Shown: positions 39,627 through 49,732, numbered from the stretch's first letter. The stretch: DNA of 59,154 bases from Alphaproteobacteria bacterium (GCA_017650945.1 JAGCDW010000015.1:1-59154); one strand, 5' to 3'. A program made the numbers and translations. The notes: generated by a model not told the origin, from the letters alone.

Positions 39627-40055
39627 CTAATTTTTCCCATCTTCTGGAACGCCACAGAACCAACTGCTGCACGGTTTTGCGTCATATTCCGGCATAGCCT
39701 CATCTGTGCGAGCGGTCTTTACATTATATATATTCGGGCATTCATACACATTTGCCGCCAACACAAACGCACGTTCTGGCCCGAACAGCACCCATTGATT
39801 TGGCCGTGTCCGTTGACTTACCAACCAATATGCATTACCAGGCCGCGCCTGGTCCGCAATACGGTTTTCAAGGTAACGTCGTGCATCTTCGGCATCATAA
39901 ACCGAAACCTCGGATTCTATTTTATAAAGGAAAATACACCCAATCGGTTCGCCATCCAGTTGTTTTATATACTGACTGCCGTTCTCATTTTTTATATACC
40001 CGCCACAGCCGGCCAATGCGAACAAACCTAAAAGTAAACCAAGATATTTTTTCAT
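39627..40055 (-). CDS. lipoprotein, unknown function (DUF4156-like?)
   Basis: Lipobox LFALAGC. Confidence 0.55.
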   Translation of the reverse strand: MKKYLGLLLGLFALAGCGGYIKNENGSQYIKQLDGEPIGCIFLYKIESEVSVYDAEDARRYLENRIADQARPGNAYWLVSQRTRPNQWVLFGPERAFVLAANVYECPNIYNVKTARTDEAMPEYDAKPCSSWFCGVPEDGKN

Positions 40056-40079
40056 ATGTTTTCCCTCTTTTAAATTTTT

Positions 40080-41024
40080 TTACGCATCTATTATATCATA
40101 ATTATCAGGATTACTAAATAATTTTTTAAGCACTGCATTATTTAAGGCATGACTGCCCTTGTACGATTCTAAATCTGCAACAATAAACCCACCAGAAGTA
40201 AACATATCGCCAATCGCATCGATAATTTTATGGCGCACAAATTCATCCGGCCAATAGATGCGATTTAATGTCTTTTCACCACCATAGTCTAAAACAATAA
40301 CATTTTTTTCATCCGCCCCACGGGCCATACCATGTGCTTTTAAATAACCCCATTCGGCATATTTTCCAAATGTCCGCGCAGACGCGATATTTCTTATAAA
40401 ATTTTCAGCCGACCATTTTGTATTATCAAAAGAATAAACAAAACTTTGTTTTCCGATAATAGGTTCGGTGTAAACCAACGTAGCCTTGATATTCAACGCC
40501 TTGTCTTTTGTCGGCGAAAGTTTAACATATCCGTCCAATCCGCGCCGCCGATAAAACAACCCTAAAATAAAACCTTTTAACCGTTCCAGAAACGGTAATG
40601 CCCTCAACATTTCACGCGCCGTAGCAACCACAGTTTTTTTTACAACAATTTTTTTATGCCCTGCGCCTTTTGTAATTCCCGCTTCCATAATACGGCGATA
40701 AAACAAACTTGCGCTGCCATTCATAATCGGGACTTCTGCGCCATCAACATCCACCAGTGCGCTATCCACACCCGCGACAAAAAGCGCCGCCATCAAATGT
40801 TCAATAGTCTTAACATGTGCGCCTTTTAAATTGCCAATCGTGGTATTCCGCATCTTTGTATCCGACACATTATCATATGTTGCAGGTATTAAATTTTTAT
40901 CATCCAAATCAACGCGCCGAAAAAAAATCCCAGGCTTATCAAACGGCCGAATAATCATATTGACCGGTTCACCCGAATGAATACCAACCCCCGAACAAAG
41001 AACATTATCCTTAAGTGTTCGCAT
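40080..41024 (-). CDS. lpxC: UDP-3-O-acyl-N-acetylglucosamine deacetylase
   Basis: GVGIHSG, FRRVDL, TIEHLMAAL and EVPIMNGSA motifs. Confidence 0.9.
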   Translation of the reverse strand: MRTLKDNVLCSGVGIHSGEPVNMIIRPFDKPGIFFRRVDLDDKNLIPATYDNVSDTKMRNTTIGNLKGAHVKTIEHLMAALFVAGVDSALVDVDGAEVPIMNGSASLFYRRIMEAGITKGAGHKKIVVKKTVVATAREMLRALPFLERLKGFILGLFYRRRGLDGYVKLSPTKDKALNIKATLVYTEPIIGKQSFVYSFDNTKWSAENFIRNIASARTFGKYAEWGYLKAHGMARGADEKNVIVLDYGGEKTLNRIYWPDEFVRHKIIDAIGDMFTSGGFIVADLESYKGSHALNNAVLKKLFSNPDNYDIIDA

Positions 41025-41922
41025 TTATTTTTCCTTTTATCCAATCGAAAAATCTATCTTCTATTTTTGTTTCTAACCGCGCGAATTTTATTTTTTCACG
41101 CACATCGATGGGTAACCGCACCCAATCTTTTTCAGTTGTAATAAGTTTCGCCTTTTTACGTCGCGCACTTTCAATTAAATCAGCAATATCTTTTTCCGTA
41201 TATTGATAATGGTCGCCAAACCCACGCCGCGCCACAACACCCGAAAGCGAGTTAAAAAACTTTTTCGGATATCCAATTCCGGCAAAAGCGAACAACTTTT
41301 CCCCATGCGGATACGGCGACACTGTTTTATTTTCCGCATAGAAAACCGGCACATTATCAGGTAAAATAAACTTTTTTTTCGGATTTTTATTTCTTATCAC
41401 AATAACAGCATCGGCATTTTGAACATGTTTCTTTGTTTCTCTCAACGGTCCCGCCGGCAACAAAAACCCGTTACCAAAACCCAAACCTTCATCAAAGACA
41501 TAAATAGAAATATCTTTTTTAATAGACGGATTTTGTAAGCCGTCATCCATAACAATCGGGCCACTATCTTTTTGCCGATTCAAAAGCATAATATTACTTT
41601 TCCGATGCCCTACATGAACCGCGATTCCATCAGACATAAGCATTGCGGCCTCGTCCCCTATGTTATTAGTATGCGCCGTCCGCTTGTATCCGCGCATAAC
41701 CACAGGCGCATCTAAAAAGTTCGCGATTATCCGCACAATCGGTGTTTTACCCACACCGCCCGCAAAGATTCCGCCGACACAGATAATCTTGCGCCGCGAT
41801 TTATAGGCGAACATTTTCCGCCACCCATAAACAACGCGCCCGATTCCATAGTAAACAAACGCGATTGGCAACAATAAAAAACTAAGCGGTGTTTTATGTA
41901 AAAACCACCAAGGTGTCTTCAT
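41011..41922 (-). CDS. lpxK: tetraacyldisaccharide 4'-kinase
   Basis: P-loop GGIFAGGVGKTP, RGY.., and a size of about 300 aa. Confidence 0.85.
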   Translation of the reverse strand: MKTPWWFLHKTPLSFLLLPIAFVYYGIGRVVYGWRKMFAYKSRRKIICVGGIFAGGVGKTPIVRIIANFLDAPVVMRGYKRTAHTNNIGDEAAMLMSDGIAVHVGHRKSNIMLLNRQKDSGPIVMDDGLQNPSIKKDISIYVFDEGLGFGNGFLLPAGPLRETKKHVQNADAVIVIRNKNPKKKFILPDNVPVFYAENKTVSPYPHGEKLFAFAGIGYPKKFFNSLSGVVARRGFGDHYQYTEKDIADLIESARRKKAKLITTEKDWVRLPIDVREKIKFARLETKIEDRFFDWIKGKINANT

Positions 41923-41923
41923 T

Positions 41924-42703
41924 TTATTTATACCTTTTTGTAAGTTTTGGTTCCCTGCCCTCTCTCTTGGCCTTTTTAAAGTCCGCGGAATTCATATCTT
42001 GTTCCACCACCGGCAGATTAAATTCAGAATCTAATTCACGCAATTGTCCAACCATAATATCTTCTAATTCTTTGCGCCGCGATTCAAAATCGGAATCAGA
42101 AATTTTTGAATCGATATACATTGGTTTTCCAACAATACACTTTACGCGGGTAAAAGGATATACCAATAAATACCTATCCCAACGGCGTTGAATCCAAACA
42201 TGCCGCGCGGAAAAGCACACAGGAATAATCGGCGCACCAGTCATTTTTGCGAAATAAAGCGCCCCTTCTTGGACCCGCAGCGACGGCCCGCCCGGCCCGT
42301 CCGGCGAAATACAAAGCGAATGGTCCCCGCGCCGCAACACCCGCACACCATCACGCAAAACAGATAAACCACCATTGTGCGAACTGCCATAAATCGCGCG
42401 CAGGCCGAACAAATGTTGCAATTTTGCCATCATACGGCCGTCTTTGTGTTTGCTTGCCACCGCATAGGACTTCATGCCGCCCAAACACACAATCGGCGAC
42501 AGCATAAAACTGCGCCCATGCCAGAACACAAAAATCGCAGGTTTGTGCCGAAATTTCTTAAAAGTTTCATAATTCACGACCTTTTTGCGACATGTAAAAT
42601 ACACAAACCACATCAGCACCGCCATAACCGCAGCGATAACCCATTGAAAAATCGATAGACCCAAAATCGGCTCCCAAAATTTTTTCCAAATTTTTCTAAA
42701 CAT
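41924..42703 (-). CDS. DUF374/lysophospholipid-acyltransferase-like protein
   Basis: N-terminal TM followed by ..IFVFWHGR..ASKHKDG..SPDGPGGP... This family usually lies next to waaA/lpxK in alphaproteobacteria. Confidence 0.7.
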   Translation of the reverse strand: MFRKIWKKFWEPILGLSIFQWVIAAVMAVLMWFVYFTCRKKVVNYETFKKFRHKPAIFVFWHGRSFMLSPIVCLGGMKSYAVASKHKDGRMMAKLQHLFGLRAIYGSSHNGGLSVLRDGVRVLRRGDHSLCISPDGPGGPSLRVQEGALYFAKMTGAPIIPVCFSARHVWIQRRWDRYLLVYPFTRVKCIVGKPMYIDSKISDSDFESRRKELEDIMVGQLRELDSEFNLPVVEQDMNSADFKKAKREGREPKLTKRYK

Positions 42704-42777
42704 AACGCCACAATTTTACCAATAAAAAAAACGGATTTCAAGCATACTTTGGCTACGCCACCATAGATAAACTGTTT

Positions 42778-43350
42778 TTAGTGACTAAATAATGTTTTTT
42801 TATTTTTTTGAAATTCTATAAACCTTTTTTTCCAATCAGATGTTTTTTGTACATATTTTTCGAAACTTTGTATACCATCATATTTTTTGTGATTAACCAC
42901 CTGAAATGTTTCTTGCCCCGGATTATCACAAGTCAAATCTTCAAGACAAATTCCATAAACTTGGTAATCTTTAGCATTTATCAAAAGCCATACAAAATGT
43001 GCCCCAGTCAATCTAATTAAAACCGAAGAATCATACTGATTATCCGCGACCCCATTTTTAAGCGGTGTAAAAAAACTTTTCCTTAATGACTGTTCAGATG
43101 TATAAAGTCCGCTATCTTTCAAAATATGAAAAACATTTCTTTTAAAATGATTCCTTAAATTTACCTTTTGCGGCACCGCCGACAACTCTACATACGACTT
43201 TAAAACAGGGGCACCATTAAAAATATTATAAATGCGCACAAGTTTTTCTTGTGGAACAACCAAATATCCGTCAACACAAAATGGATTATAAGAGATTTTT
43301 TCTGACATTTTACACACCTTTTCACAAATATCTCTCAACTCCCCTAACAC
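42778..43350 (-). CDS. hypothetical protein
   Basis: ORF only, with no motif recognised. AT-rich. Confidence 0.45.
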   Translation of the reverse strand: MLGELRDICEKVCKMSEKISYNPFCVDGYLVVPQEKLVRIYNIFNGAPVLKSYVELSAVPQKVNLRNHFKRNVFHILKDSGLYTSEQSLRKSFFTPLKNGVADNQYDSSVLIRLTGAHFVWLLINAKDYQVYGICLEDLTCDNPGQETFQVVNHKKYDGIQSFEKYVQKTSDWKKRFIEFQKNKKTLFSH

Positions 43351-43400
43351 CGTGTATTTTTAACAAAAACTTTGTAAAAAGCAAGCAAATAGAACACCAT

Positions 43401-43433
43401 ATCACTACCCACTTACACTTACACTAACCACTA
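43401..43433 (-). repeat. GTTAGTGTAAGTG-family dispersed repeat, copy e
   Basis: Minus strand reads TAGTGGTTAGTGTAAGTGTAAGTGGGTAGTGAT. Its first TAG is the lrgB stop (43431..43433). Confidence 0.7.
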
Positions 43434-44129
43434 TCCAAAATACACCCAAATCGCAACTGGGCCCAAAACCGCGGTCATCAATCCCGACAGGACAATTGCC
43501 AAACTGCTAAATGACCCCTCGACCGCGCCCATTTCCATCGCCTTTACCGTGCCGGCGGCATGCGCCGCATTTCCAATTGAAATTCCGCGCGATATCGGAT
43601 TCTTTAACCGCAACCATTTGCACAACTTATCACTAACCGATGCACCCAAAATTCCGGTAATTATCACCGCCGACACAGTCAACGATATAATTCCACCAAG
43701 TTTTCGCGTAATTCCTATCGCCAATGCCGTCGTCACCGATATAGAAACCAAAGACCGCGCAATCACATCCGCCAACCCAAACAAAATCACAACAATACAA
43801 ATCGATGCGACCGACGCAACACAACCCACAAAAACCGCAAAAAGTATCGTCCAAATATGTTTCTTTAACAACGGCAATTGCCGATACATCGGCACCGCAA
43901 AGCAAACCGTCACCGGCACCAAGAAATATGTTAAATATTTTGCACTGAAATTATAATTTTCATACGGAATTTTGAACCCCAGCAAAACCGCAATCACAAT
44001 CATTGTCGCCAAAAACAACGGTGTAGTAAACGGATTCGGAAACTTTTTATTGATAAATGTTGCGACAACAAAGGCACCTATGGTCAAAACCACACCAAAA
44101 TATGTCGAAGATGTCACCATTTCCATCAT
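43431..44129 (-). CDS. lrgB: LrgB/CidB-family membrane protein
   Basis: A polytopic 232-aa protein paired with an upstream LrgA-like gene (ATGA overlap). Confidence 0.75.
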   Translation of the reverse strand: MMEMVTSSTYFGVVLTIGAFVVATFINKKFPNPFTTPLFLATMIVIAVLLGFKIPYENYNFSAKYLTYFLVPVTVCFAVPMYRQLPLLKKHIWTILFAVFVGCVASVASICIVVILFGLADVIARSLVSISVTTALAIGITRKLGGIISLTVSAVIITGILGASVSDKLCKWLRLKNPISRGISIGNAAHAAGTVKAMEMGAVEGSFSSLAIVLSGLMTAVLGPVAIWVYFG

Positions 44130-44473
44130 TTTTTCCTATTCAAAAAGAAATCTGCGGTTTTCCCGGTTATAACCATTGTCACAAAATATGCCAACACCAA
44201 CATAAAAACTAAATACATCCAAATTCCTGAAATTTCCGGCCAAATATCAATAACCGCGACCGCCGGCGCAACAAAGAACAACGCCATCACACTGTGGAAC
44301 CAATCCGCCACATCCGCCACCCACGAAAGTTTTACCAACCCCACACACAGCGCAATAAACAGCAACAAAAGCCCATAAATGCTGCCCGCGATTGGCAACG
44401 GAATCAAAAACTCACACAGTTCCCCCAGGAACACAAAAACCAAGATAATCATAAATTGAAACAAATATTTCAC
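44126..44473 (-). CDS. lrgA: LrgA/CidA-family holin-like protein
   Basis: Four TM helices, including ..LIPLPIAGSIYGLLLLF... I prefer the GTG at 44471..44473 (SD GAGAGAG) to the TTG track start. Confidence 0.7.
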   Translation of the reverse strand: MKYLFQFMIILVFVFLGELCEFLIPLPIAGSIYGLLLLFIALCVGLVKLSWVADVADWFHSVMALFFVAPAVAVIDIWPEISGIWMYLVFMLVLAYFVTMVITGKTADFFLNRKK

Positions 44474-44592
44474 GGCGAAACTCTCTCTCGCCAATATTCT
44501 ACCGAAAAATACAATAAAATAAAAGAATAAAAATCTTGACAATGATTATATTTTGTATTATATATTACACAAAAGGTAAAAAGGACTATAAA

Positions 44593-46389
44593 ATGCACGA
44601 TTTATTAAATGCGTTGCAAACGGAATTTTCAAGAATCGAAGAAGATATCAAGAACGAACTTCTTGAACTGGATGATTTTAGACTAAACATTTTAACATCA
44701 ATAAAAAAAATTCCACCCAAAATAAGCATTTTTGATATTATCGATGCATTAAAGGAAATGGCTATATCCGAAGAAAAAATAAACGGTATGGTCGCGTTAA
44801 AATTAAGTTTTAGCCGCGACACAACCCCAGAAATCATGGACATTATTGCAAACGCGGCCTATCGTCGAAAAGGTGTTACCCAACGTAATTTATTAAATTT
44901 TAACATTGTTGATTTCAAAGGTAATATTATCAATTCTGGTGGCGAATGCCCTTTAGAAACATTGCCAGATGTGCACGAAAACCTTTTAAGCAAATATCCA
45001 AAATGTTATATAAAAATCAACGGCGATTTAGATCTAAGAAAGTCTGTCATTAAAAAAAACAATATTGATTTCTCTTACTTAAAAGATATTATTGTTTCTG
45101 GCGATTTTTACGCATCAAAATATAATAAAAATTTTCCACATCGGGTTGGTGGAACTTTTGATTGTTCCGGGCTTGGTAAAGATTATATCACCAAAGATAC
45201 AATTTTACCAATAACACATAAAATCAATTGCGCATACAGTATCACCGACTTTGATGTCCTTATGAACATAATGCCAAAACGATACGATAATAATTATGAT
45301 GAATTTGATACAACACATGTAGAAACATTGATTGTCGAACCAAAATTGATAAAAAAGGAATTTTTATCACAAAATAAAGAACATTTTACAAATGTATTAA
45401 ATTTTGTTGAACATTACCCATATGTTACTGTTCTTGATACCAAGGGAAATAATTTATTGGATATATTGGTTGAAAAATGTCGCGATAAAAAAGTAACCCA
45501 AGAACCAACTATTATTGAAATTACAACAACACCATCTGAAAAAACATTTGAACAAAAAATCCAAGGACAACATTTGGAAGTCAAAGAAATCCTGGCACAT
45601 TTGCGTAAATTCCAAGAATACGATATTTATTCTGACGAAGAACTTGACCGGTTAATACGTGCTGTTTTATCAAATCAACGTAAAAACGGCATACAAAAGA
45701 AGACATTGCAACGCGGGGATGGTGTAAATGTCACATGCATTGATGCATCTCAGATTGATTTAGTTCACAAAGATTTACCAAATATCGTCAAAGAACGTGA
45801 AAAAATAATGGAAGAAATTGCGCCTGTAAAACCAAAAGAAACTATAAAACCACAACCAACAAAACGCGAACCTATTAAAATAAAAAAATATATAACACCA
45901 GACATTTTGAAAAAGATAGAAAAATCTTCAAAACAAAATGTAAATCTTGTATTACAGGCAATAAACGAAGTAAACCTTGACCCACTTGAAATGCAATTCC
46001 AAGGTCCTGTTCATATAATAAAAGATGGAAAAGAAACAGTATCCGCCACAGTGACTCTTGAATCTGGTTGTTGTTTGGTCCAAAGTATAGATAGTTCAAA
46101 TCACACTGATTCAAAACGTGTTGTTTGGGGTGTTGCCGATGGTCCGGATGGACTGATTATCATAAGCATCGGTTACCGCGAACACCATAATACAAAAAAA
46201 GCGAGCAATTTATATGCAGACCTAAGAAACCAAGCATTAAAAAAACAAACATACACACAACAAGAATTAAAAAACAAAGGTTATATAGATATTGATATAT
46301 TGATAAACGATAATAATAGTGATGTATTATTACCAAATACTAATATATTAACACAAAAACTGTCAGATATTTTGATAAAAAAATACTAA
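44593..46389 (+). CDS. large Lys-rich orphan protein
   Basis: ORF 44536..46389 started at MHDLLNAL (44593). It is very AT-rich with no secure motif. Confidence 0.55.
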   Translation: MHDLLNALQTEFSRIEEDIKNELLELDDFRLNILTSIKKIPPKISIFDIIDALKEMAISEEKINGMVALKLSFSRDTTPEIMDIIANAAYRRKGVTQRNLLNFNIVDFKGNIINSGGECPLETLPDVHENLLSKYPKCYIKINGDLDLRKSVIKKNNIDFSYLKDIIVSGDFYASKYNKNFPHRVGGTFDCSGLGKDYITKDTILPITHKINCAYSITDFDVLMNIMPKRYDNNYDEFDTTHVETLIVEPKLIKKEFLSQNKEHFTNVLNFVEHYPYVTVLDTKGNNLLDILVEKCRDKKVTQEPTIIEITTTPSEKTFEQKIQGQHLEVKEILAHLRKFQEYDIYSDEELDRLIRAVLSNQRKNGIQKKTLQRGDGVNVTCIDASQIDLVHKDLPNIVKEREKIMEEIAPVKPKETIKPQPTKREPIKIKKYITPDILKKIEKSSKQNVNLVLQAINEVNLDPLEMQFQGPVHIIKDGKETVSATVTLESGCCLVQSIDSSNHTDSKRVVWGVADGPDGLIIISIGYREHHNTKKASNLYADLRNQALKKQTYTQQELKNKGYIDIDILINDNNSDVLLPNTNILTQKLSDILIKKY

Positions 46390-46405
46390 AATCTACGGTT
46401 TTTGT

Positions 46406-46433
46406 TTGACAATGTAAAAATATACTATATAAT
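46406..46433 (+). promoter_or_regulatory. sigma70-type promoter of tRNA-fMet
   Basis: TTGACA (46406..46411), 16 nt, then TATAAT (46428..46433). The tRNA starts 13 nt later. Confidence 0.7.
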
Positions 46434-46446
46434 TATTGCCGTTTAT

Positions 46447-46523
<77 letters not shown>

Positions 46524-46534
46524 AGATAGACAGA

Positions 46535-46558
46535 CCCGCCGATAAGGGCGGGATTTTG
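46535..46558 (+). terminator. terminator after tRNA-fMet
   Basis: CCCGCC-GATAA-GGGCGG followed by GATTTTGTT. Confidence 0.6.
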
Positions 46559-46644
46559 TTAGAATTGCAAGTATTTCACCAAGTTCTAAAGTAAAGTTTT
46601 AAAAAATGTAAAAAATTTTGAACTTTCGAACCAACGGTAAGAAT

Positions 46645-47721
46645 TTATTGCCTGCCGTTATCATGTGTGTATTGATAATTTGTGTTTTTTTCATTGTTAA
46701 GATTGCTTAAATCTAGTGGAATATAACCTCTCGCGTTTTCCCTTAAACGTTCAATCCATCCTCTTTCTGTCGCAGTTTTGACAAAAGTATCTGCTATTTC
46801 ATCCCATTTTGCACGTTTTCTTGTTCCAAGTACTGGGATGTCGTTCCCAAAAAATTTGTCTTCAAATGGTTTCAGATATGTTCCGCAATAATATTGTCCG
46901 AACGTTGCGACATACAATTTATGTGAACAATATGTTGTTAATACAATTTCATCATGATTTGGGTTATCGTTATACAAAAGTTCAAGCGAGTCAAAAAAAC
47001 AATTGTTGTGTTCGTTTTTAGTAATTCCTAAATTTTGGGCTTTGCTTTGTACTGTATCTATTACGTATTCGTCATTGTCGTCTGCAAATGGGCTTATGCC
47101 AGAGGCGTAAGTTGGATAAATTGCATAGTTCCCCACACAAAATCTACCATAAATTTTCGGCTCAAATGCATATTCCTGTGCTACCTGGTCTGTATAAAAA
47201 GGAGGCTTAGAGATTTTTGAACCGAAACGTTCTTGAATAATATGGGCGAGTTTGCATATATCGTCATAACCGCCTACATATACGGTCATTCCTTTGCCGT
47301 TTTCACCCCCAGAGGCAATTTTGTGTGCAACCCCAAGATCTAGTAAAAAATCCGAAATTTCACGGGTTACAGGATGATCGCGGTTTGGAACCACATCCAA
47401 ATGAAACTTCCAACCAAAATTTGGGTTCCAACCATTTACTTGTCTTTTGTTCATTTGTGCGCGTTCTTTCGGTGGTAGATTTCTATCGTTTTTCCCCCAA
47501 TTACACTCTTTATATCCAGTTCTAATTTCATGTATTTTAAAACGCATTTTATCATCGTCTCGTGATCTTCTTAAATACTCTTGATTTATTTTTTCACGTT
47601 GAATTGATAAATCGGCCATGTTTTCGTAATATGATAACATTTCATCGATGCGAACGAGTTCCGCCAGTGAAAGTTCGGCCAGATTTATTTGATTGATAGA
47701 ATTTAAAAAATCTTGAATCAT
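46645..47721 (-). CDS. candidate effector with OspF/SpvC-like (phosphothreonine lyase) motif string
   Basis: GWKFHLDVVPN..ISDFLLDLGVAHKIAS..GKGMTVYVGG parallels, from memory, SpvC GDKFHISVLRD..LSGLLF..DKWKVTD..GAQFTLYIKP. It is the only gene in the tRNA-fMet islet. Confidence 0.4.
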   Translation of the reverse strand: MIQDFLNSINQINLAELSLAELVRIDEMLSYYENMADLSIQREKINQEYLRRSRDDDKMRFKIHEIRTGYKECNWGKNDRNLPPKERAQMNKRQVNGWNPNFGWKFHLDVVPNRDHPVTREISDFLLDLGVAHKIASGGENGKGMTVYVGGYDDICKLAHIIQERFGSKISKPPFYTDQVAQEYAFEPKIYGRFCVGNYAIYPTYASGISPFADDNDEYVIDTVQSKAQNLGITKNEHNNCFFDSLELLYNDNPNHDEIVLTTYCSHKLYVATFGQYYCGTYLKPFEDKFFGNDIPVLGTRKRAKWDEIADTFVKTATERGWIERLRENARGYIPLDLSNLNNEKNTNYQYTHDNGRQ

Positions 47722-47786
47722 TTTAATTTCCCTTGCGTGTGATTATATCATAAATTTTTCAAATATGTTTAATTTATTTTTTACTT

Positions 47787-47847
47787 TATCAATCTCTTGT
47801 CCAATCTCAATCAATTCGGCTCGAGAACTGCACACCGAGCACAACCA
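47787..47847 (+). repeat. 61-bp direct repeat, copy A
   Basis: TATCAATCTC...AATTCGGCTCGAGAACTGCACACCGAGCACAACCA. The partner is at 49733..49793. The last 33 nt differ at one position. Confidence 0.75.
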
Positions 47848-47854
47848 ATTTAAA

Positions 47855-47886
47855 TAAAAAATACACCAATATGGTGTATTTTTTTG
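47855..47886. terminator. A/T-flanked hairpin (bidirectional terminator-like)
   Basis: AAAAAATACACC-AATAT-GGTGTATTTTTTT. Confidence 0.5.
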
Positions 47887-48025
47887 TTTAAATCTTGTTG
47901 TAGTCTGTGGTTTGTGACCCGCAACGCAGTTGCCGGTTCAAAATTTGTATATAAGAACGAACGATAGTGAAGTTCGAATAAATACAAATTTGCGCGCAGC
48001 CGGCACATAATGTGCCGCGCGAGCG

Positions 48026-48045
48026 AAATCCATCCCCCGCAACCA
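48026..48045 (+). repeat. 20-nt copy of the tRNA-fMet 3' end (islet boundary)
   Basis: AAATCCATCCCCCGCAACCA is identical to 46504..46523. Like the tRNA, it is followed by a hairpin plus T-run (ACCGCTC-CTTTTA-GAGCGGTTTTT). Confidence 0.8.
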
Positions 48046-48271
48046 AAGTTTACAACCGCTCCTTTTAGAGCGGTTTTTCGTTAGTTTTCCAATACCTACA
48101 AAAAGTTCGAAAGTTATATTTTTGAAAAACGTTATTTTTATACTGCTTTTGAACTATTATATTTTTATTCAGATAGTTTCATCAGATATCCATTTAAGAT
48201 AATCTGGCAGGACCATCTGTGTAATTCACAAGCTGATTTGATTCATGAAATTTTGTTGTTTGGGAAAGCTG

Positions 48272-48610
48272 TTAAAAAGTATTTAACAACGGGATAATAT
48301 TTATAACCGGCACTTCATACGGGTGTATTTCTTTGATAGCAGACAATGTTTTTTCCAAATTTTCCGATAATATTATAACCTCTACTTTTACTTCTGGGGC
48401 TTCACATACTTTATTTAATTCACCATTAAAGGGTTTTGCTTTATTTATTGGTCGCCAAACACCGATAACATCACTATACGACAAACAAGAATCATAATCA
48501 CCAATATGTCCCGCATCAACATTATGCAGAGCAATTTGTAATTGACGAAAATGGGATTTTGGTATAAAAATTTCCAATTTATAAAAAGACAACATTTCTG
48601 CATTTTCCAT
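48272..48610 (-). CDS. YqfO/Nif3-C-terminal-like (COG3323, PII-like fold) protein
   Basis: ..YKLEIFIPKSH..L..AGHIGDYDSC....G.WRP....PF.GE......E..VEVI......L..IKEIHPYEVP. Confidence 0.65.
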   Translation of the reverse strand: MENAEMLSFYKLEIFIPKSHFRQLQIALHNVDAGHIGDYDSCLSYSDVIGVWRPINKAKPFNGELNKVCEAPEVKVEVIILSENLEKTLSAIKEIHPYEVPVINIIPLLNTF

Positions 48611-48722
48611 TTTATTATACCATAAAGAATCTTATACGCGTAATCTATCCTAATTTATAAAAGAAATCAAATCATTTTTGCAAAATTTGTGATAAAATGT
48701 ATGCATAGTATAGGAGAATAAA

Positions 48723-48998
48723 ATGAACAGTTTTATTGGTGAATTTTTTGGTTATGCGAGTGGGGTCTGCACAACAATGGCTTTTTTACCACAGGCGATA
48801 AAATCTATTATCACAAAAAATGTATCTGGTTTATCTTTATCAATGTATATTATATACTGCATTGGTTTGGTATTTTGGATTTTATATGGCGTGTATCTTG
48901 GTTCTTTTCAAATCATGTTATTTAATACTATAACTTTGATATTCAACGGTATTATATTGTATATGATTATCATTGCGCAAAAACATCATAAAAAATGA
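48723..48998 (+). CDS. SemiSWEET/PQ-loop sugar transporter
   Basis: 91 aa with three TM helices and the motif AFLPQAIK. Confidence 0.75.
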   Translation: MNSFIGEFFGYASGVCTTMAFLPQAIKSIITKNVSGLSLSMYIIYCIGLVFWILYGVYLGSFQIMLFNTITLIFNGIILYMIIIAQKHHKK

Positions 48999-49059
48999 TA
49001 GTTTTGCATTATTTATTAACACATGCTATTATCACAATGAATATAAAAAGGATGTTTTC

Positions 49060-49698
49060 ATGAACAAAAATATAAAAGCAAAAACTGTTGTTGGGTTTTA
49101 TGTTTTGTGCCAAAAATTAAAAAACACTATTCGTAGCGGATGGAAGGCATGGAATGTTAAAAGCAAAAGATTAGAAAGTGTAGCTGAACATGTTTATGGT
49201 GCCCAACAACTAGCTATTGCTATGTGGAGTCAATATAACTATGACGTAGATATCTACAAAGTTATAATGATGTTGGCTTTACATGAATTGGAAGAAGTTG
49301 TTATTGGGGATTTGACTGTATGGAATATTTCATACAAAGACAAAACATCAAAAGGACATAATGCAATTAAACGCATCTTGAAAGATTTAATAAAATGCGA
49401 TGAAATTGAAAATTTGATATTAGAATTTGATGGTCGTGAGACACCAGAAGCAAAATTTGCGTATTATTGTGATAAACTGGAGTGCGACATTCAGTGCAAA
49501 TTATATGATGAATCTGGTGTCGTTGATTTAACCAAACAAAAAACTAATCCGATTATAAAAGATAAATACGTCCAAAAATTGTTAGGTAAAAAAAGCTCTT
49601 GGTCTAGCATGTGGTTAGAATACGGACGTGATAAAAATAATTATGATCCAAATTTTACAGAAATATCAAATTATGTTGAAAAACATAAAATTTGTTAA
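49060..49698 (+). CDS. HD-domain phosphohydrolase (YfbR-like 5'-deoxynucleotidase family)
   Basis: SVAEHVYGAQQLA and LHELEEVVIGD give the H...HD...D metal ligands. Started at MNKNIKAK (SD AAAAGGA). Confidence 0.7.
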   Translation: MNKNIKAKTVVGFYVLCQKLKNTIRSGWKAWNVKSKRLESVAEHVYGAQQLAIAMWSQYNYDVDIYKVIMMLALHELEEVVIGDLTVWNISYKDKTSKGHNAIKRILKDLIKCDEIENLILEFDGRETPEAKFAYYCDKLECDIQCKLYDESGVVDLTKQKTNPIIKDKYVQKLLGKKSSWSSMWLEYGRDKNNYDPNFTEISNYVEKHKIC

Positions 49699-49732
49699 TG
49701 TAAGTTCTGTAATTTCAATTTATCTTTCACTC

